Positions 18,409 to 28,626 of a DNA stretch of 64,000 nt are shown here, one piece after another. The translations under genes and the position numbers were made by a program. Source of the stretch: Blastocatellia bacterium (GTDB lineage: Bacteria; Acidobacteriota; Blastocatellia; UBA7656); contig DASQDI010000089.1 in the NCBI GenBank assembly GCA_035634255.1, positions 45,142 through 109,141 of the forward strand, given 5' to 3'. The notes beneath the pieces were generated by a model. It was not told the origin of the DNA and searched no databases. It saw only the letters and a program-made list of their open reading frames with translations. Position 1 is the stretch's first letter, and every line of letters starts with the position of its first letter.

Positions 18409-19453
18409 AAGGCTTGATGAACGACATCACTGCTTCGTTGAAGACCTGCGGCGCTTCGAGGTGAGGGATGTGGCCGACGCTCTTCAACTCCACCAGCCTG
18501 CTCCCCGGTATGTCTCGCGCGGCAGACTTGCCCAGCTGCGGGTACTGGCCGAGTGTCCTGAGCACGTCTTCTGACACGAAATTCCGGCCGACGACCGTGC
18601 GGTCTTCCTGGCCGATGATGAGCAGGGTCGGCGTTCGTATGAGCCCGAACTCGTGGCGGACCGGCTGCTGGTAGATCATCTGATAAGTCAGGGCGGAGGC
18701 TTTCGCCCAGCGGGGGTACTCCCCGCTCAGAGCTATGCGCGCGCGCACCTCGACGAACCTCTCGTACGCTTCGGGCTTCCACTCGACCACGTACCGCTTG
18801 AGGAAGGCGCGAATCCTGGCCGGGTCGGTGTCGTTCAATTCATTCTCGTAGATTTTGCTAGTGGGCTGGGGCGGCACCGTGAAGCGATAATCTTCGAGCC
18901 CGATGGGGTTTTCGAGAACCAGATGCGCCGTGCGTTGCGGGTAATTGCGCGCGATGCGGACGGCCAGCATCCCTCCCATCGAGTGGCCGACGACTGAGGC
19001 TTTATCGACCCCGAGCGCGTCGAGTAGCTTCATGGTATTTTCCGCGAGCAGGTCGAAGGAGTAGGCGATGTCGGGCTTCGACGACTTGCCGAAGCCGACC
19101 TGATCCGGCACGACGACTCGGTAGCCGGCGGAGGTCAACGCTTTTATCGGCCCTTCCCAGTAACTCCCATAAAAGTTCTTCCCGTGCAGGAGCACCACGG
19201 TCCGCTCGTTAGACCGGGCGGGCGGGGCGACATCCATGTAGGCCATGCGCACGGGCTGCCCTTCGATCTCAAGCGGCAGGTACTTTACCGGGTGCGGGTA
19301 CGGCCAGGACTCCATAGCGATGCCGAGAGGGGCGGAGTAAGCGCCGGGCTCCCGGTTCGGCGCTGAGACGGCGCCAGAGCAGGCGAGGGCTGAAAGTAGA
19401 ATGAGCCTGAGACATTGGAATGTAGCGGAGGCTTTGGCGCGAAGTGGGATCAT
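18407..19453 (-). CDS. secreted alpha/beta-fold hydrolase
   Basis: 348 aa; signal peptide; nucleophile elbow GHSMGG; HGKNFYGSYW oxyanion region. Confidence 0.85.
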   Translation of the reverse strand: MIPLRAKASATFQCLRLILLSALACSGAVSAPNREPGAYSAPLGIAMESWPYPHPVKYLPLEIEGQPVRMAYMDVAPPARSNERTVVLLHGKNFYGSYWEGPIKALTSAGYRVVVPDQVGFGKSSKPDIAYSFDLLAENTMKLLDALGVDKASVVGHSMGGMLAVRIARNYPQRTAHLVLENPIGLEDYRFTVPPQPTSKIYENELNDTDPARIRAFLKRYVVEWKPEAYERFVEVRARIALSGEYPRWAKASALTYQMIYQQPVRHEFGLIRTPTLLIIGQEDRTVVGRNFVSEDVLRTLGQYPQLGKSAARDIPGSRLVELKSVGHIPHLEAPQVFNEAVMSFIKP

Positions 19454-19534
19454 GCCGGCCTTTCATCACGATTGCGGAAAGTATCAGCCTGTCCACTAAT
19501 GTAGAATTCTGTGCGAACGGAAGGATTTTGGCAA

Positions 19535-19575
19535 CCGGAGGGCCTGACCGACGCCACGCCGGTCAGGCCCTCCGG
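19535..19575 (-). terminator. 16-bp perfect stem-loop downstream of the desaturase gene
   Basis: CCGGAGGGCCTGACCG / CGGTCAGGCCCTCCGG with 9-nt loop, directly after the desaturase stop (19584). Confidence 0.5.
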
Positions 19576-19583
19576 CCGCGAGT

Positions 19584-20450
19584 CTACGCGGCCTGCCGCG
19601 ACTGCTTCTTAATGAGGTCGCGCGTCGTCCTTACATCGGACGCGAGCTTCAACGCCTTGAGGGCCCCGATCACATACCACCCAACGTCAACCTGCCACCA
19701 GCGGCGGCCGAACCTCGCCGCGTTTGCGTCCGAGTGATGGTTTCTGTGCCAGTTCTCCCCCCAGGCCCCCAGTTGCAGGGGGCCGAGCCACCAGATGTTT
19801 CGGCTGGAATCCACCCCATCGGGCAGGCCGGGCGTCAGGTGCAGAAGGCTGTTGACGAACATCTGAAAGTGCAGGGCGTAGACCAGACGGATCGCCCCGA
19901 TCCAGAAGAACCCTTCCCAACCGAAGGCCAGTCCGGAGAATATCGACAGGGCGATGATCGGGATCTGAAGCCGCCTCCACAACCTATAGCCCGGCCTGTT
20001 CATGTCGGGGCACCAGCGGCCAACGTCCGAGCCTGACCATTGGTAGACCCACCTCAGGTGCGCCCACCAGAAGCCGCCGTGGCGCGGGCTCGATATGTCT
20101 TCGACGGAGTCGGACTTCGCGTGGTGGTGGCGATGATTCGCGACCCATCCCATCGGCTCCCCCGACGCGTTGAAGATGGCGAAGAATATGAGGACGTTCT
20201 CGACAACCGGGTTCAACCTCAGTGAGCGGTGGGCGAGGCTCCGGTGGTAGCACACGGAGGTCCCCACCCCGCCGATTGAGGCGAGCGCCAGAGCGACCAG
20301 GAGCACGGGCCAGCCGGGCAGGGGGAATAAGATTAAGCCCGCCACCGCCAGCACGTGAATGAGGACGAAATAAAATAAGACGGGGCCATTGCCTTCGGAC
20401 GGCTTCCACCAGGGTCGCATCCAGGGTCGTTTTTCTATTAGCTGCATCAA
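19584..20450 (-). CDS. acyl-CoA (stearoyl-CoA delta-9-type) fatty-acid desaturase, membrane
   Basis: 288 aa; three His boxes HRSLAH, HRHHH, HRNHH; hydrophobic helices. Confidence 0.85.
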   Translation of the reverse strand: MMQLIEKRPWMRPWWKPSEGNGPVLFYFVLIHVLAVAGLILFPLPGWPVLLVALALASIGGVGTSVCYHRSLAHRSLRLNPVVENVLIFFAIFNASGEPMGWVANHRHHHAKSDSVEDISSPRHGGFWWAHLRWVYQWSGSDVGRWCPDMNRPGYRLWRRLQIPIIALSIFSGLAFGWEGFFWIGAIRLVYALHFQMFVNSLLHLTPGLPDGVDSSRNIWWLGPLQLGAWGENWHRNHHSDANAARFGRRWWQVDVGWYVIGALKALKLASDVRTTRDLIKKQSRQAA

Positions 20451-20472
20451 TCTCCTTCTCGCCTCGGACGGG

Positions 20473-20838
20473 TTAGTTATTCGGGAGGGCTCTTTCCTGA
20501 CGAGGGATGAAGCTGGAGATTGCCGCCGCCTCGGAGTCGAACGTCTCGAAAACAGTTATCAACTTTGTGATCACCAACAGATCATTCAGGCGCTTATTGA
20601 GGTGGAGCAGCTTCATATCCCCGCTCACCTTTCGCATCTGTGTGAAAGTGGATATGAGCTCGCCAAGCCCGCTGCTGTCCATATAATTTACTTTCGCCAT
20701 GTTTATGATGAGCTTGCGGCCTCCGGCCTCGATGTTGGTGGTAACGAGCCCTCTGAACTGCCCTTCGCCCCCGAGGACGAACTGCCCTTCGAGATCGATG
20801 ACCGTTACATCATTTAGCGTACGCTCGTGAATTTTCAT
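20473..20838 (-). CDS. STAS-domain anti-sigma-factor antagonist (SpoIIAA/RsbV-like)
   Basis: 121 aa; STAS pattern incl. MDSSGLGELI. Confidence 0.8.
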   Translation of the reverse strand: MKIHERTLNDVTVIDLEGQFVLGGEGQFRGLVTTNIEAGGRKLIINMAKVNYMDSSGLGELISTFTQMRKVSGDMKLLHLNKRLNDLLVITKLITVFETFDSEAAAISSFIPRQERALPNN

Positions 20839-21100
20839 CTTTACTCCTCACCTTTCCTTACCGATTCGCATTCATAAATAACTATATAGACTTCGGCGGA
20901 GAACTTCTGTTCAATACAGGACATGGGTAGATAAAACCGGCATAAAAACATGTTCGGCCCGCGTAGGGAGCCCGAGCCCGCGATTTATCCGCGCCATCGT
21001 CTAATATGGCACAGCGTCGGTACCCCCGGGGGTGTATAATAATTCGGTCCGGGAAGCAACCGGACAGGACGCCACCTTAATCGCCCTGACCGGGAGCGTT

Positions 21101-21781
21101 ATGATCGAGAACAACCCTGAAATGAATTTATTCAAAGAGCGGATACGCGAGTCGCTCCAACGCGAGACCCAAAACTCCAGCGCCATCAGGGTCTCCAAGC
21201 ACAACAAGGTGTACGTGGTCGGGGATGAAGTCGACATGGTCTACTTCATCGAGAGCGGCGAGGTCAAACTGATTATGGTCTCGTCCGAAGGCAAAGAGTG
21301 CCTGCTTGCGATTCATGCCTCGGGAGATATTTTCGGCGAGCTGTGCCTGTCCGGGATGGCCGGCCGCATGGAGACGGCTGTCGCGATGGAGGACACGGTT
21401 CTGAAACAGGTCCATTGCACCAGATTCCTTGAGAGTTTGGCCAGAGACTCTCTGCTCGAAGGTTTCATCAAGTATCTGGCGGTGCGCGTGGCGGACCAAC
21501 AGGTGGTCATAGCGAATCTGGTGACGGTTGACAGCGAGCAGCGTCTGGGGAAGACCCTGCTGCAGCTGGCCAGAAAGCTCGGCAAGAAGGACCCTCGCAG
21601 CATACGCATCGAGCTCAAAATCTCGCACGAGGAGTTGTCCTCGATGGTCGGCACCACGAGGCCGCGCATCAGCATGTTCATGCAGAGATTTCGGAACCTC
21701 GGGCTCATCGAGACGAGCGCGGAGAACCACCTGATCATCAAGGAAGCGAAGCTCACCGCATACCTGTCATCCATCGCCTAG
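21101..21781 (+). CDS. Crp/Fnr-family transcriptional regulator (cNMP-binding + C-terminal HTH)
   Basis: ORF 21032..21781, start probably MIENNPE (21101) or MNLFKER (21122); cNMP-binding beta-roll (GDIFGELCL); HTH ISHEELSSMVGTTRPRISMFMQRFRNLGLI. Confidence 0.8.
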   Translation: MIENNPEMNLFKERIRESLQRETQNSSAIRVSKHNKVYVVGDEVDMVYFIESGEVKLIMVSSEGKECLLAIHASGDIFGELCLSGMAGRMETAVAMEDTVLKQVHCTRFLESLARDSLLEGFIKYLAVRVADQQVVIANLVTVDSEQRLGKTLLQLARKLGKKDPRSIRIELKISHEELSSMVGTTRPRISMFMQRFRNLGLIETSAENHLIIKEAKLTAYLSSIA

Positions 21782-21945
21782 CCCCTCGCCGCCATACGCC
21801 CGGCCATTTATATAAACACATGTCTAATAGTGAACCGCCCCGGATTCAGGCATTTGATATTATAGGTGCAACGAATAACGGCAATAAGAGTGGGCTTGGA
21901 GATATTAACTTAAAGGACTGAAGTCTGAATGAGAAAGGCAACACC

Positions 21946-22365
21946 ATGTCTGTCATGTTACGAGCGACAAAAAGAATTCTTTACGTAGATGATAATGAAG
22001 ATTCCTGCGAAATGATCACCGTACTGCTTGAGATAGGTGGTTACGAGGTGGCCACCGCGCATACCGTGGACGACGGTTTGAGCCGGGCCAAGCTTGAGCA
22101 GTTTGACCTGTACGTCATGGACAACAGATTCCCGGACGGCACGGGAGTTGACCTCTGCCGCCTGATCCGCGCATCCGACGAAGACACTCCGATCATCTTT
22201 TATTCGGGCGCCGCGTACCCCTATGACATCAAAGAGGGATTGGATGCGGGCGCACAATGCTACCTGACGAAACCGAGCGGCATTTACGACATTGAACGGA
22301 CCATAACAGGGTTGCTCGCCGGGACCGGGGAGGTTATGGCGAATCCCCGGCAAAGCCAGCCTTAA
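21946..22365 (+). CDS. single-domain response regulator receiver (CheY-like)
   Basis: 139 aa; ILYVDDNEDS...DLYVMDNRFPDGTG...YLTKP receiver signatures. Confidence 0.85.
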   Translation: MSVMLRATKRILYVDDNEDSCEMITVLLEIGGYEVATAHTVDDGLSRAKLEQFDLYVMDNRFPDGTGVDLCRLIRASDEDTPIIFYSGAAYPYDIKEGLDAGAQCYLTKPSGIYDIERTITGLLAGTGEVMANPRQSQP

Positions 22366-22447
22366 TGCAGGATCGCGGAAACGGCCCTCGCCGGTAAGCG
22401 CGCCGCACGGGGCGAGCGAACTCATTGCCGGGGATTCATCCGGGCTA

Positions 22448-22660
22448 TCAGGCTCCCGCCGCGCTGGCTCGACGCGACAGCGCCATCCTCGCCATATCGG
22501 CAAGGTCCTCTTCGTCGAAGTCAACCTTCTCCATGATCCCGCTCAGATACTCGACGCACTTGCGAAATTCCTTCGAAGGGAATCCCTTCCCGAGGTCGCC
22601 GTCATACTTCCCCTGCGCTCTTTGCTGAGTGTAAGACTCGTACTTTTCTTCCAAGCTCAT
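22448..22660 (-). CDS. small hypothetical protein (70 aa)
   Basis: ORF only; last gene of a four-gene minus-strand cluster in the lower-GC island. Confidence 0.4.
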   Translation of the reverse strand: MSLEEKYESYTQQRAQGKYDGDLGKGFPSKEFRKCVEYLSGIMEKVDFDEEDLADMARMALSRRASAAGA

Positions 22661-22686
22661 AACTGGTACGTCCTTTCTGATTCAGA

Positions 22687-23184
22687 CTATATTTCCGCGG
22701 GCCCGGCAAAGCCGGTCTGCCGTCCGGGGCTGCCGCCCTGTAATTTTTCGACCACCTCTCGGATGGACATTCTGACGTAGTCGGAGCCGAGGTGGCTGTA
22801 AGAGATAAGCCAGTGCGGGTAGAACATCTCCAGGACCTCTTTCGCGTCGCTGGTTTCGCCGAACGTGGCTTTGATCGTGGCATTATTTGCGGCAGTGATC
22901 CTATCTGAGGCCCCGTAACAGACGCTCCCCACGGCGGTATTCCCGCCCCTCGGCACGAGGTCGAACTTCAACTGCCGGTCTTTCTCGAAGGTGAACGGCA
23001 GCATCGCGACGTTGGCATCTTCGGCCCACTCCGCCAGGCCGGAAAAGTCACCTGACAGCCCGACGGACACCGCGTTAAACGCGGGCAGCCGGAACATCTC
23101 GCTCAGATTTTTGTGAATCAATCTGCAAGCCTGCTCGCCTTCGTTTCGTACGGTGCTCTTATTCGATTCGACCGTGTACCACAT
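22687..23184 (-). CDS. hypothetical protein (165 aa)
   Basis: ORF with neighbour-consistent spacing; no recognisable motif. Confidence 0.5.
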   Translation of the reverse strand: MWYTVESNKSTVRNEGEQACRLIHKNLSEMFRLPAFNAVSVGLSGDFSGLAEWAEDANVAMLPFTFEKDRQLKFDLVPRGGNTAVGSVCYGASDRITAANNATIKATFGETSDAKEVLEMFYPHWLISYSHLGSDYVRMSIREVVEKLQGGSPGRQTGFAGPAEI

Positions 23185-23244
23185 AATTAATCCTGACCGC
23201 TCGGGCGCGCCCGTTCCGACTCGGGCCGGCCGAGCGAATCGCGT

Positions 23245-23604
23245 TCAATTAACGAAGCCCGTCAACCACGTCTGGACTTTCGCGGCCTTGTCGCCGAAGT
23301 AAGTTTCCGCGCCGGAGAACGTGTCCGTGCGCAGCCAGAAGCCCCGCTCGTTCATGTCGAGGAATCGGTAGCGCCCCGTGGCCTTCTCGCGCAGGATGTA
23401 GCACTTCTTTGTGAAGACCTCGTAGCGCACGGCGTAGGACCCGCCTTCATAGATGAGCTGGCTCAGGAACCTCTCGCCCTTGTCGCTGTTCTCAATCCAC
23501 ACGTCGAGCTCGCCGAGCTGGTTGCGCCCGAACCGGTGGTTGGTGATGTGTACCTTGTCGGCGTCTACGAGGTCGTAAAGCTCGGGTTCAAATTCTTTGT
23601 TCAT
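23245..23604 (-). CDS. hypothetical protein (~120 aa)
   Basis: Start taken at MNKEFEPELYDL inside ORF 23245..23736; adjacent to the zf-HC2 gene stop. Confidence 0.5.
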   Translation of the reverse strand: MNKEFEPELYDLVDADKVHITNHRFGRNQLGELDVWIENSDKGERFLSQLIYEGGSYAVRYEVFTKKCYILREKATGRYRFLDMNERGFWLRTDTFSGAETYFGDKAAKVQTWLTGFVN

Positions 23605-23606
23605 AA

Positions 23607-23831
23607 TTATCCTTTGGCAGCAATCACGGACATGACATAACTTCGCATGTCCGGAGAAACATCCGGTCGCGCAGAGCCTTTGAGTATCAGCGACACCTGC
23701 TCCAACTCGGCCAGGTATGTGTGACAACCGGCGCATGTCTCAACGTGCGCCCGGTAGTTGACCACATCGCTCTGCCCGAGTTGTCGGTCCAAATGGGCAG
23801 AGGCAATCAATCCGGACTTGTCACACCTCAT
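23607..23831 (-). CDS. small zf-HC2-type (putative anti-sigma zinc-finger) protein
   Basis: 74 aa; HVETCAGCH = H-x3-C-x2-C motif; no TM segment. Confidence 0.5.
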   Translation of the reverse strand: MRCDKSGLIASAHLDRQLGQSDVVNYRAHVETCAGCHTYLAELEQVSLILKGSARPDVSPDMRSYVMSVIAAKG

Positions 23832-23890
23832 ATCAGATCAGCTCCGGTCAACCCCAGGCTCGTTACCAATCAGTACGCCTTCAGGGTAGG

Positions 23891-24142
23891 CTAATTCCTG
23901 GGTTTGGCGTCGGTCACTTTAAGCGCCCGCCCGTGCAGGTCCTGCCCGTTGAGTTTTTCCTTGGCTGACTCGGCATCCTCTTTCAGATTCATCTCGATGA
24001 AGCCGAAGCCCTTCGAGCGGCCCGAATCGCGGTCGGTTATCAGGTGGCAGGAATCCACGGCGCCTACTCCGCTGAAAAGGGTGTTGAGGTCATCACTGGA
24101 AGTATCATGGGAGAGGTTCCCAACGAACAATTTGACTGACAT
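23891..24142 (-). CDS. RRM-type RNA-binding protein
   Basis: Start at MSVKLFVGNL (RNP-2) inside ORF 23891..24187; RNP-1 KGFGFIEM. Confidence 0.85.
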   Translation of the reverse strand: MSVKLFVGNLSHDTSSDDLNTLFSGVGAVDSCHLITDRDSGRSKGFGFIEMNLKEDAESAKEKLNGQDLHGRALKVTDAKPRN

Positions 24143-24349
24143 AAAGGTGGTCCTTTCGGTAGAGGAAGCCTGCCCCTCGGGATACATGTTGCCAGGCTGC
24201 CGGATACTCTGAAGGTGAGCTGTGATTCAGATGGACTGGCGGATTCCAGAGAAGCTGAAGAAGAGAGCGAGCTATGCTCAGTTCTGCCTTAACCCTAACA
24301 CCTCATGGAGGCTTTGTCAAATAATGGCCTTTTTACGCAGGTTTAGGGC

Positions 24350-24392
24350 AAAAAATCGGCCGGCGCGGTCGCTTATTTCAACCGCGCCGGCC
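24350..24392 (-). terminator. rho-independent terminator of uvrB
   Basis: 12-bp perfect GC-rich stem (GGCCGGCGCGGT/ACCGCGCCGGCC) followed on the minus strand by a T6 tract, 14 nt after the uvrB stop. Confidence 0.7.
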
Positions 24393-24405
24393 AGACGGAA
24401 ATCAT

Positions 24406-26391
24406 TCACGTGAGTTCGATCTCGCGGCCGCGCAGGTATTTGATCTTATCGCGCAGTTCCGCCGCGCGCTCGAACTCGAAGCGCGAGGCCGCCCCGCGCA
24501 TCTCAAGCTCAAGGCGGGTGATCGTCTCGCGTATGTTCTCGGGCGTGTAGTCCTCGATCTGGTCGAGGTCGAGAGGCACTTTGAAGTAATCCGCCTCGCT
24601 TATCGAGACGAGAGTCGAGTCGATGGCCTTCACAATCGTCTGCGGGGTGATGCCGTGCTCGGCGTTGTAGGCGGCCTGCTTTTCGCGGCGGCGCTGGGTC
24701 TCGCCAATCGCGCGCCGCATGGAATCGGTCATGCGGTCGGCGTAGAGGATGGCTTTGCCGCGCACGTTGCGAGCGGCGCGGCCTATGGTCTGGATGAGCG
24801 ACATCTCGGACCGCAGGAAGCCTTCCTTATCGGCGTCGAGGATGGCGACGAGCGAGACTTCGGGCAGGTCCAGCCCCTCTCGCAGGAGATTGATGCCGAC
24901 GAGCACGTCGAACTCCCCGCGCCGCAGGTCGCGCAGTATCTTTATGCGTTCGAGCGTGACGACCTCGGAGTGCAGGTAGCGCACGCGGACCCCGAGCTCG
25001 GCGTAGTACTCGGTCAGGTTCTCGGCCATCTTCTTGGTGAGCGTGGTGACGAGCACGCGCTCGTTCCTCGCGACGCGCTCGCGGATCTCGTTCAGGAGGT
25101 CGTCGACCTGCCCGCGCACGGGCCGGACGTCGACTTCGGGGTCGATCAGGCCCGTGGGGCGGATCACCTGCTCGATCACCTCCCCGCCGGTCTTGCCGAG
25201 CTCGTAGGGGCCGGGGGTCGCGCTGACGAAGACGACCTGCCCCACGCGCCGCTCCCACTCGTCGAAGTTGAGCGGGCGGTTGTCCATCGCGGAAGGCAGG
25301 CGAAACCCGAAATCGACGAGGGTGCGCTTGCGCGACTGGTCGCCCGCGTACATCCCGCGCACCTGCGGCACGGTCTGGTGGCTCTCGTCGACGACCACCA
25401 TCGAGTCGCGCGGCAGGTAGTCGAGCAGGGTCGGGGGCGGCTCGCCCGGGAGCCTGCCCGTGAGGTGGCGCGAGTAGTTCTCGATGCCGTGACAGTAGCC
25501 GAGCTCCTTGAGCATCTCTATGTCGTACATCGTGCGCTGGTGGAGGCGCTGCGCTTCGAGCAGCTTGCCCTGGTCGACCAGCTGCGGCTCCCACTCGTCG
25601 AGCTCCTGCCTGATCGTCTTGATCGCCCGCTTGAGCGTATCCTGCGGCATCACGTAGTGAGACTTCGGGTATATCGGCAGGCGGTCGTGCTTTTCGATCA
25701 CCTCCCCGAGCAGGGGGTCGATGGTCGATATGGAGTCGACCTCGTCGCCCCAGAACTCGATGCGGATGGCCTTGTCCTGGTAGACCGGGTAGATCTCGAC
25801 GATGTCCCCGCGCACGCGGAACGAGCCGCGCTCGAAGGCCACGTCGTTGCGCTGGTACTGGATCTCGACCAGCTTGCGGAGCAGGGCCGTGCGCGAGAGC
25901 TGCTGGCCCCGCTCGATGAAGGCCACCATCCCGTAATAAGCGTCCGGGTCCCCGAGGCCGTAGATGCAGGAGACGCTCGCGACGATGATGCAGTCGCGCC
26001 GCTCAAATAAGCTGCGCGTGGCCGAGAGGCGGAGGCGGTCGATCTCTTCGTTGATCGTCGCCTCCTTCTCGATGAACGTGTCGGTCGATGGGATGTAGGC
26101 TTCGGGCTGGTAGTAGTCGTAATAGCTGACGAAATATTCTATCGCGTTGTGCGGGAAGAATGATTTGAACTCCTGGTACAGCTGGGCGGCGAGGGTCTTG
26201 TTGTGCGCCATGACGAGCACGGGGCGGTTGACGCGCTCGACCACGGAGGCCACGGTAAAAGTCTTGCCGCTGCCGGTCACCCCCAGCAGCACCTGATGGT
26301 CGAGGTTTTCGTTGAGGCCCCGGACCAGCTGCTCTATCGCCTGAGGCTGGTCCCCCTGCGGCGCGTAATCCGATACGAGCTTGAAATCCAT
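24406..26391 (-). CDS. uvrB: excinuclease ABC subunit B
   Basis: Start [19 protein letters not shown] (AGGGAG RBS) in ORF 24406..26514; Walker A GVTGSGKT; [10 protein letters not shown]; C-terminal UVR motif [15 protein letters not shown]. Confidence 0.95.
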   Translation of the reverse strand: MDFKLVSDYAPQGDQPQAIEQLVRGLNENLDHQVLLGVTGSGKTFTVASVVERVNRPVLVMAHNKTLAAQLYQEFKSFFPHNAIEYFVSYYDYYQPEAYIPSTDTFIEKEATINEEIDRLRLSATRSLFERRDCIIVASVSCIYGLGDPDAYYGMVAFIERGQQLSRTALLRKLVEIQYQRNDVAFERGSFRVRGDIVEIYPVYQDKAIRIEFWGDEVDSISTIDPLLGEVIEKHDRLPIYPKSHYVMPQDTLKRAIKTIRQELDEWEPQLVDQGKLLEAQRLHQRTMYDIEMLKELGYCHGIENYSRHLTGRLPGEPPPTLLDYLPRDSMVVVDESHQTVPQVRGMYAGDQSRKRTLVDFGFRLPSAMDNRPLNFDEWERRVGQVVFVSATPGPYELGKTGGEVIEQVIRPTGLIDPEVDVRPVRGQVDDLLNEIRERVARNERVLVTTLTKKMAENLTEYYAELGVRVRYLHSEVVTLERIKILRDLRRGEFDVLVGINLLREGLDLPEVSLVAILDADKEGFLRSEMSLIQTIGRAARNVRGKAILYADRMTDSMRRAIGETQRRREKQAAYNAEHGITPQTIVKAIDSTLVSISEADYFKVPLDLDQIEDYTPENIRETITRLELEMRGAASRFEFERAAELRDKIKYLRGREIELT

Positions 26392-26591
26392 TAGACTCCC
26401 TTTTCCGGCGGTAAGGTCGTTGAGAGGCGGAAAAATTCTCCTCCGCGACACAGGTGTCCGCAATCTTTTATCACCTGAAACGAAATTATACAGGCCAGTT
26501 AACGGGGCAGGCAACGCACGCGGAATGGCTCGAAAAAACAGGCGCGCCGAAAAAAAGAAGACCGAAAGTTTGATGCTTTATGAATAGGCGC

Positions 26592-26620
26592 TTGACATTA
26601 AATCTGCTCCTGTCGATAAT
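26592..26620 (+). promoter_or_regulatory. sigma70-like promoter upstream of purC
   Basis: TTGACA (26592-26597), 17-nt spacer, GATAAT (26615-26620), ~110 nt upstream of the purC ATG. Confidence 0.5.
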
Positions 26621-26728
26621 GCGGGTTGCCACCACAACCCTTTAGAAGGTCGCAACAGTTCCACCGAATTGACTCCAGGCGGAAGAGGTAAGCTGATTAA
26701 CGCAATCCCTCAAGTCAATATCGCCGGT

Positions 26729-27649
26729 ATGAAACTCTACCGGCGCGGCAAGGTCAGAGATGTTTTCGAGGTCGGGGACAAGCTGCTGATCGTCGCCACC
26801 GACCGCATCTCGGCTTTCGACGTCGTTATGCCGGACGCGATCCCGCATAAGGGCAGGGTGCTCACGGCGCTTTCGGAGTTCTGGTTCGGTTACCTGGCAG
26901 ACACGGTGGCGAATCACCTGATCACGACCGACGTCGATAAATTCCCCGCCCCTCTGGGGGAGCGCCGCGACCTGCTCGAAGGCAGGTCCATGCTCGTCGA
27001 GCGGGCGGAGGTCTTCCCCGTGGAGTGCGTCGCGCGCGGCTACCTCGCGGGCTCGGGGTGGAAAGAGTACTCGCGGACGCGGGAAGTGTGCGGGGTGAGG
27101 CTGCCCGAAGGCCTGGAGGAATCGAGCAGGCTGCCGGAGCCGATATTCACCCCGGCGACGAAGGCGGAGACGGGCCACGACATAAACATCTCCGAGCGCG
27201 AGATGGCGGACCGCGTGGGGGCCGAGGCGACGGGGCGGCTAAAGGAACTGACGCTCGCGCTTTACTCGAAGGCGAGCGCCTACGCTTCCGAGCGCGGCAT
27301 AATCATCGCCGACACGAAGTTCGAGTTCGGGGTGAGGGACGGCCGGATAATCCTGGTGGACGAGGCCCTGACGCCCGACTCCTCGCGGTTCTGGCCCCAG
27401 GCCCTCTACAGCCCCGGGCGGGGCCAGCAATCGTTTGACAAGCAGTACGTGAGAGATTATCTGGAATCGCTCGACTGGGACAAGCAACCGCCGGGGCCGA
27501 GCCTTCCCGAAGAGGTCATCGGGCGGACGAGTGAGAAGTACCTTGAAGCCTACAGGCTGCTGACAGGCCATCGGATTTCGGATTTCGGATTTCGGATTTC
27601 GGATTCGGGACGGGCGGGCGCGCCCTCCGATCCAAAATCCAAAATGTGA
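26729..27649 (+). CDS. purC: phosphoribosylaminoimidazole-succinocarboxamide (SAICAR) synthase
   Basis: Start MKLYRRGKVRDVF in ORF 26669..27649; motifs LLIVATDRISAFD, IIADTKFEFG. Confidence 0.9.
   Translation: MKLYRRGKVRDVFEVGDKLLIVATDRISAFDVVMPDAIPHKGRVLTALSEFWFGYLADTVANHLITTDVDKFPAPLGERRDLLEGRSMLVERAEVFPVECVARGYLAGSGWKEYSRTREVCGVRLPEGLEESSRLPEPIFTPATKAETGHDINISEREMADRVGAEATGRLKELTLALYSKASAYASERGIIIADTKFEFGVRDGRIILVDEALTPDSSRFWPQALYSPGRGQQSFDKQYVRDYLESLDWDKQPPGPSLPEEVIGRTSEKYLEAYRLLTGHRISDFGFRISDSGRAGAPSDPKSKM
27573..27607 (+). repeat. heptanucleotide tandem repeat (GGATTTC)x4 plus a degenerate unit at the purC 3' end
   Basis: cggatttcggatttcggatttcggatttcggattcggg read directly; encodes RISDFGFRISDSG C-terminal extension. 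Confidence 0.9.
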
Positions 27650-27662
27650 AATTGCGAACCCG

Positions 27663-28187
27663 ATGACATTTCTCGACTACTTCGTTCTCTTTGTAGTTGC
27701 AGCATCCATCATCCTGGGAGCCTCAAGGGGAATACTCAAGGGAATAATTTCGGTCTTCTCCACCATCGCGGGACTGGTCGCGGCGGCCCATCTTTACGAG
27801 TACGCCGCGGCCGCCTTCAGTGGAGTGACAACCACCTCGCGAGCCGCGAACCTGCTCGGCTTTGTAGCAGTCTTTTTGCTGTTTCTAATAGCCGGAGGCC
27901 TGCTGTCACGCTGGCTGCGCCGCAAGCTCAGGCGCGCGCGCCTTCGGTGGCTGGACCGCGTGTCCGGCGCGGCGTTCGGCCTCGTGCGGGGCTGGCTCGT
28001 CTGCTCCGTGATCTACCTCGCGCTCACGGCATTCCCCGTGAGGCCGGAGGCGGTAGAGCGCGCGGCCTTCGCGCCCGCCCTGCTCGAAGGGACGAGGGTG
28101 ATCTCTTACCTGACATCGAGCGAATTGAGAGAGCGTTTCTTTAACGGGTATTCCACGGTACAGAGTTTGTGGGGATCAAGGGACTAA
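27663..28187 (+). CDS. cvpA: CvpA-family membrane protein
   Basis: 174 aa, four hydrophobic helices, typical purC/purF-linked cvpA position. Confidence 0.7.
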   Translation: MTFLDYFVLFVVAASIILGASRGILKGIISVFSTIAGLVAAAHLYEYAAAAFSGVTTTSRAANLLGFVAVFLLFLIAGGLLSRWLRRKLRRARLRWLDRVSGAAFGLVRGWLVCSVIYLALTAFPVRPEAVERAAFAPALLEGTRVISYLTSSELRERFFNGYSTVQSLWGSRD

Positions 28188-28260
28188 GAATATTAAGAAA
28201 TCAATAGAGAAAAAGATACGCCCTGAGCGACCCCGCTCATTACGTTCTTAGAGGAGAAGC

Positions 28261-28560
28261 ATGCTGATAAAGAGTAAATTAGAGGACCTTGTAACCGAGA
28301 TGGTGGAGCGTGGGATATTATTCGAGGATGCCGTCGAGGAATTCGAGAAGCATTTTATACTCTCAGTATTGAAACGTACTAACGGGAACCTGTCGAAGGC
28401 GGCCGAAGAGCTCCGCATCCACCGCAACACCCTCTCGAAGCGCGTCGAGAAGTATTACCAGAACGGCCACATGGCGGGCGCGCGACTCCGCCGCCCGCGC
28501 GCGCAGAGCTCGAACGGCCCCGCGCGCTCGTCCAAAGCGGCCTCGCGCGCGCGGCGTTAA
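28261..28560 (+). CDS. Fis-type HTH DNA-binding protein
   Basis: 99 aa; KRTNGNLSKAAEELRIHRNTLSKRV (HTH_8-like). Confidence 0.65.
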   Translation: MLIKSKLEDLVTEMVERGILFEDAVEEFEKHFILSVLKRTNGNLSKAAEELRIHRNTLSKRVEKYYQNGHMAGARLRRPRAQSSNGPARSSKAASRARR

Positions 28561-28626
28561 GCCCCGGTCTGAAGTCGGAGAGCCGAAGAATCTGTGCCCG
28601 CCTCAGCAACGCCTCCCGGCCCGAGG

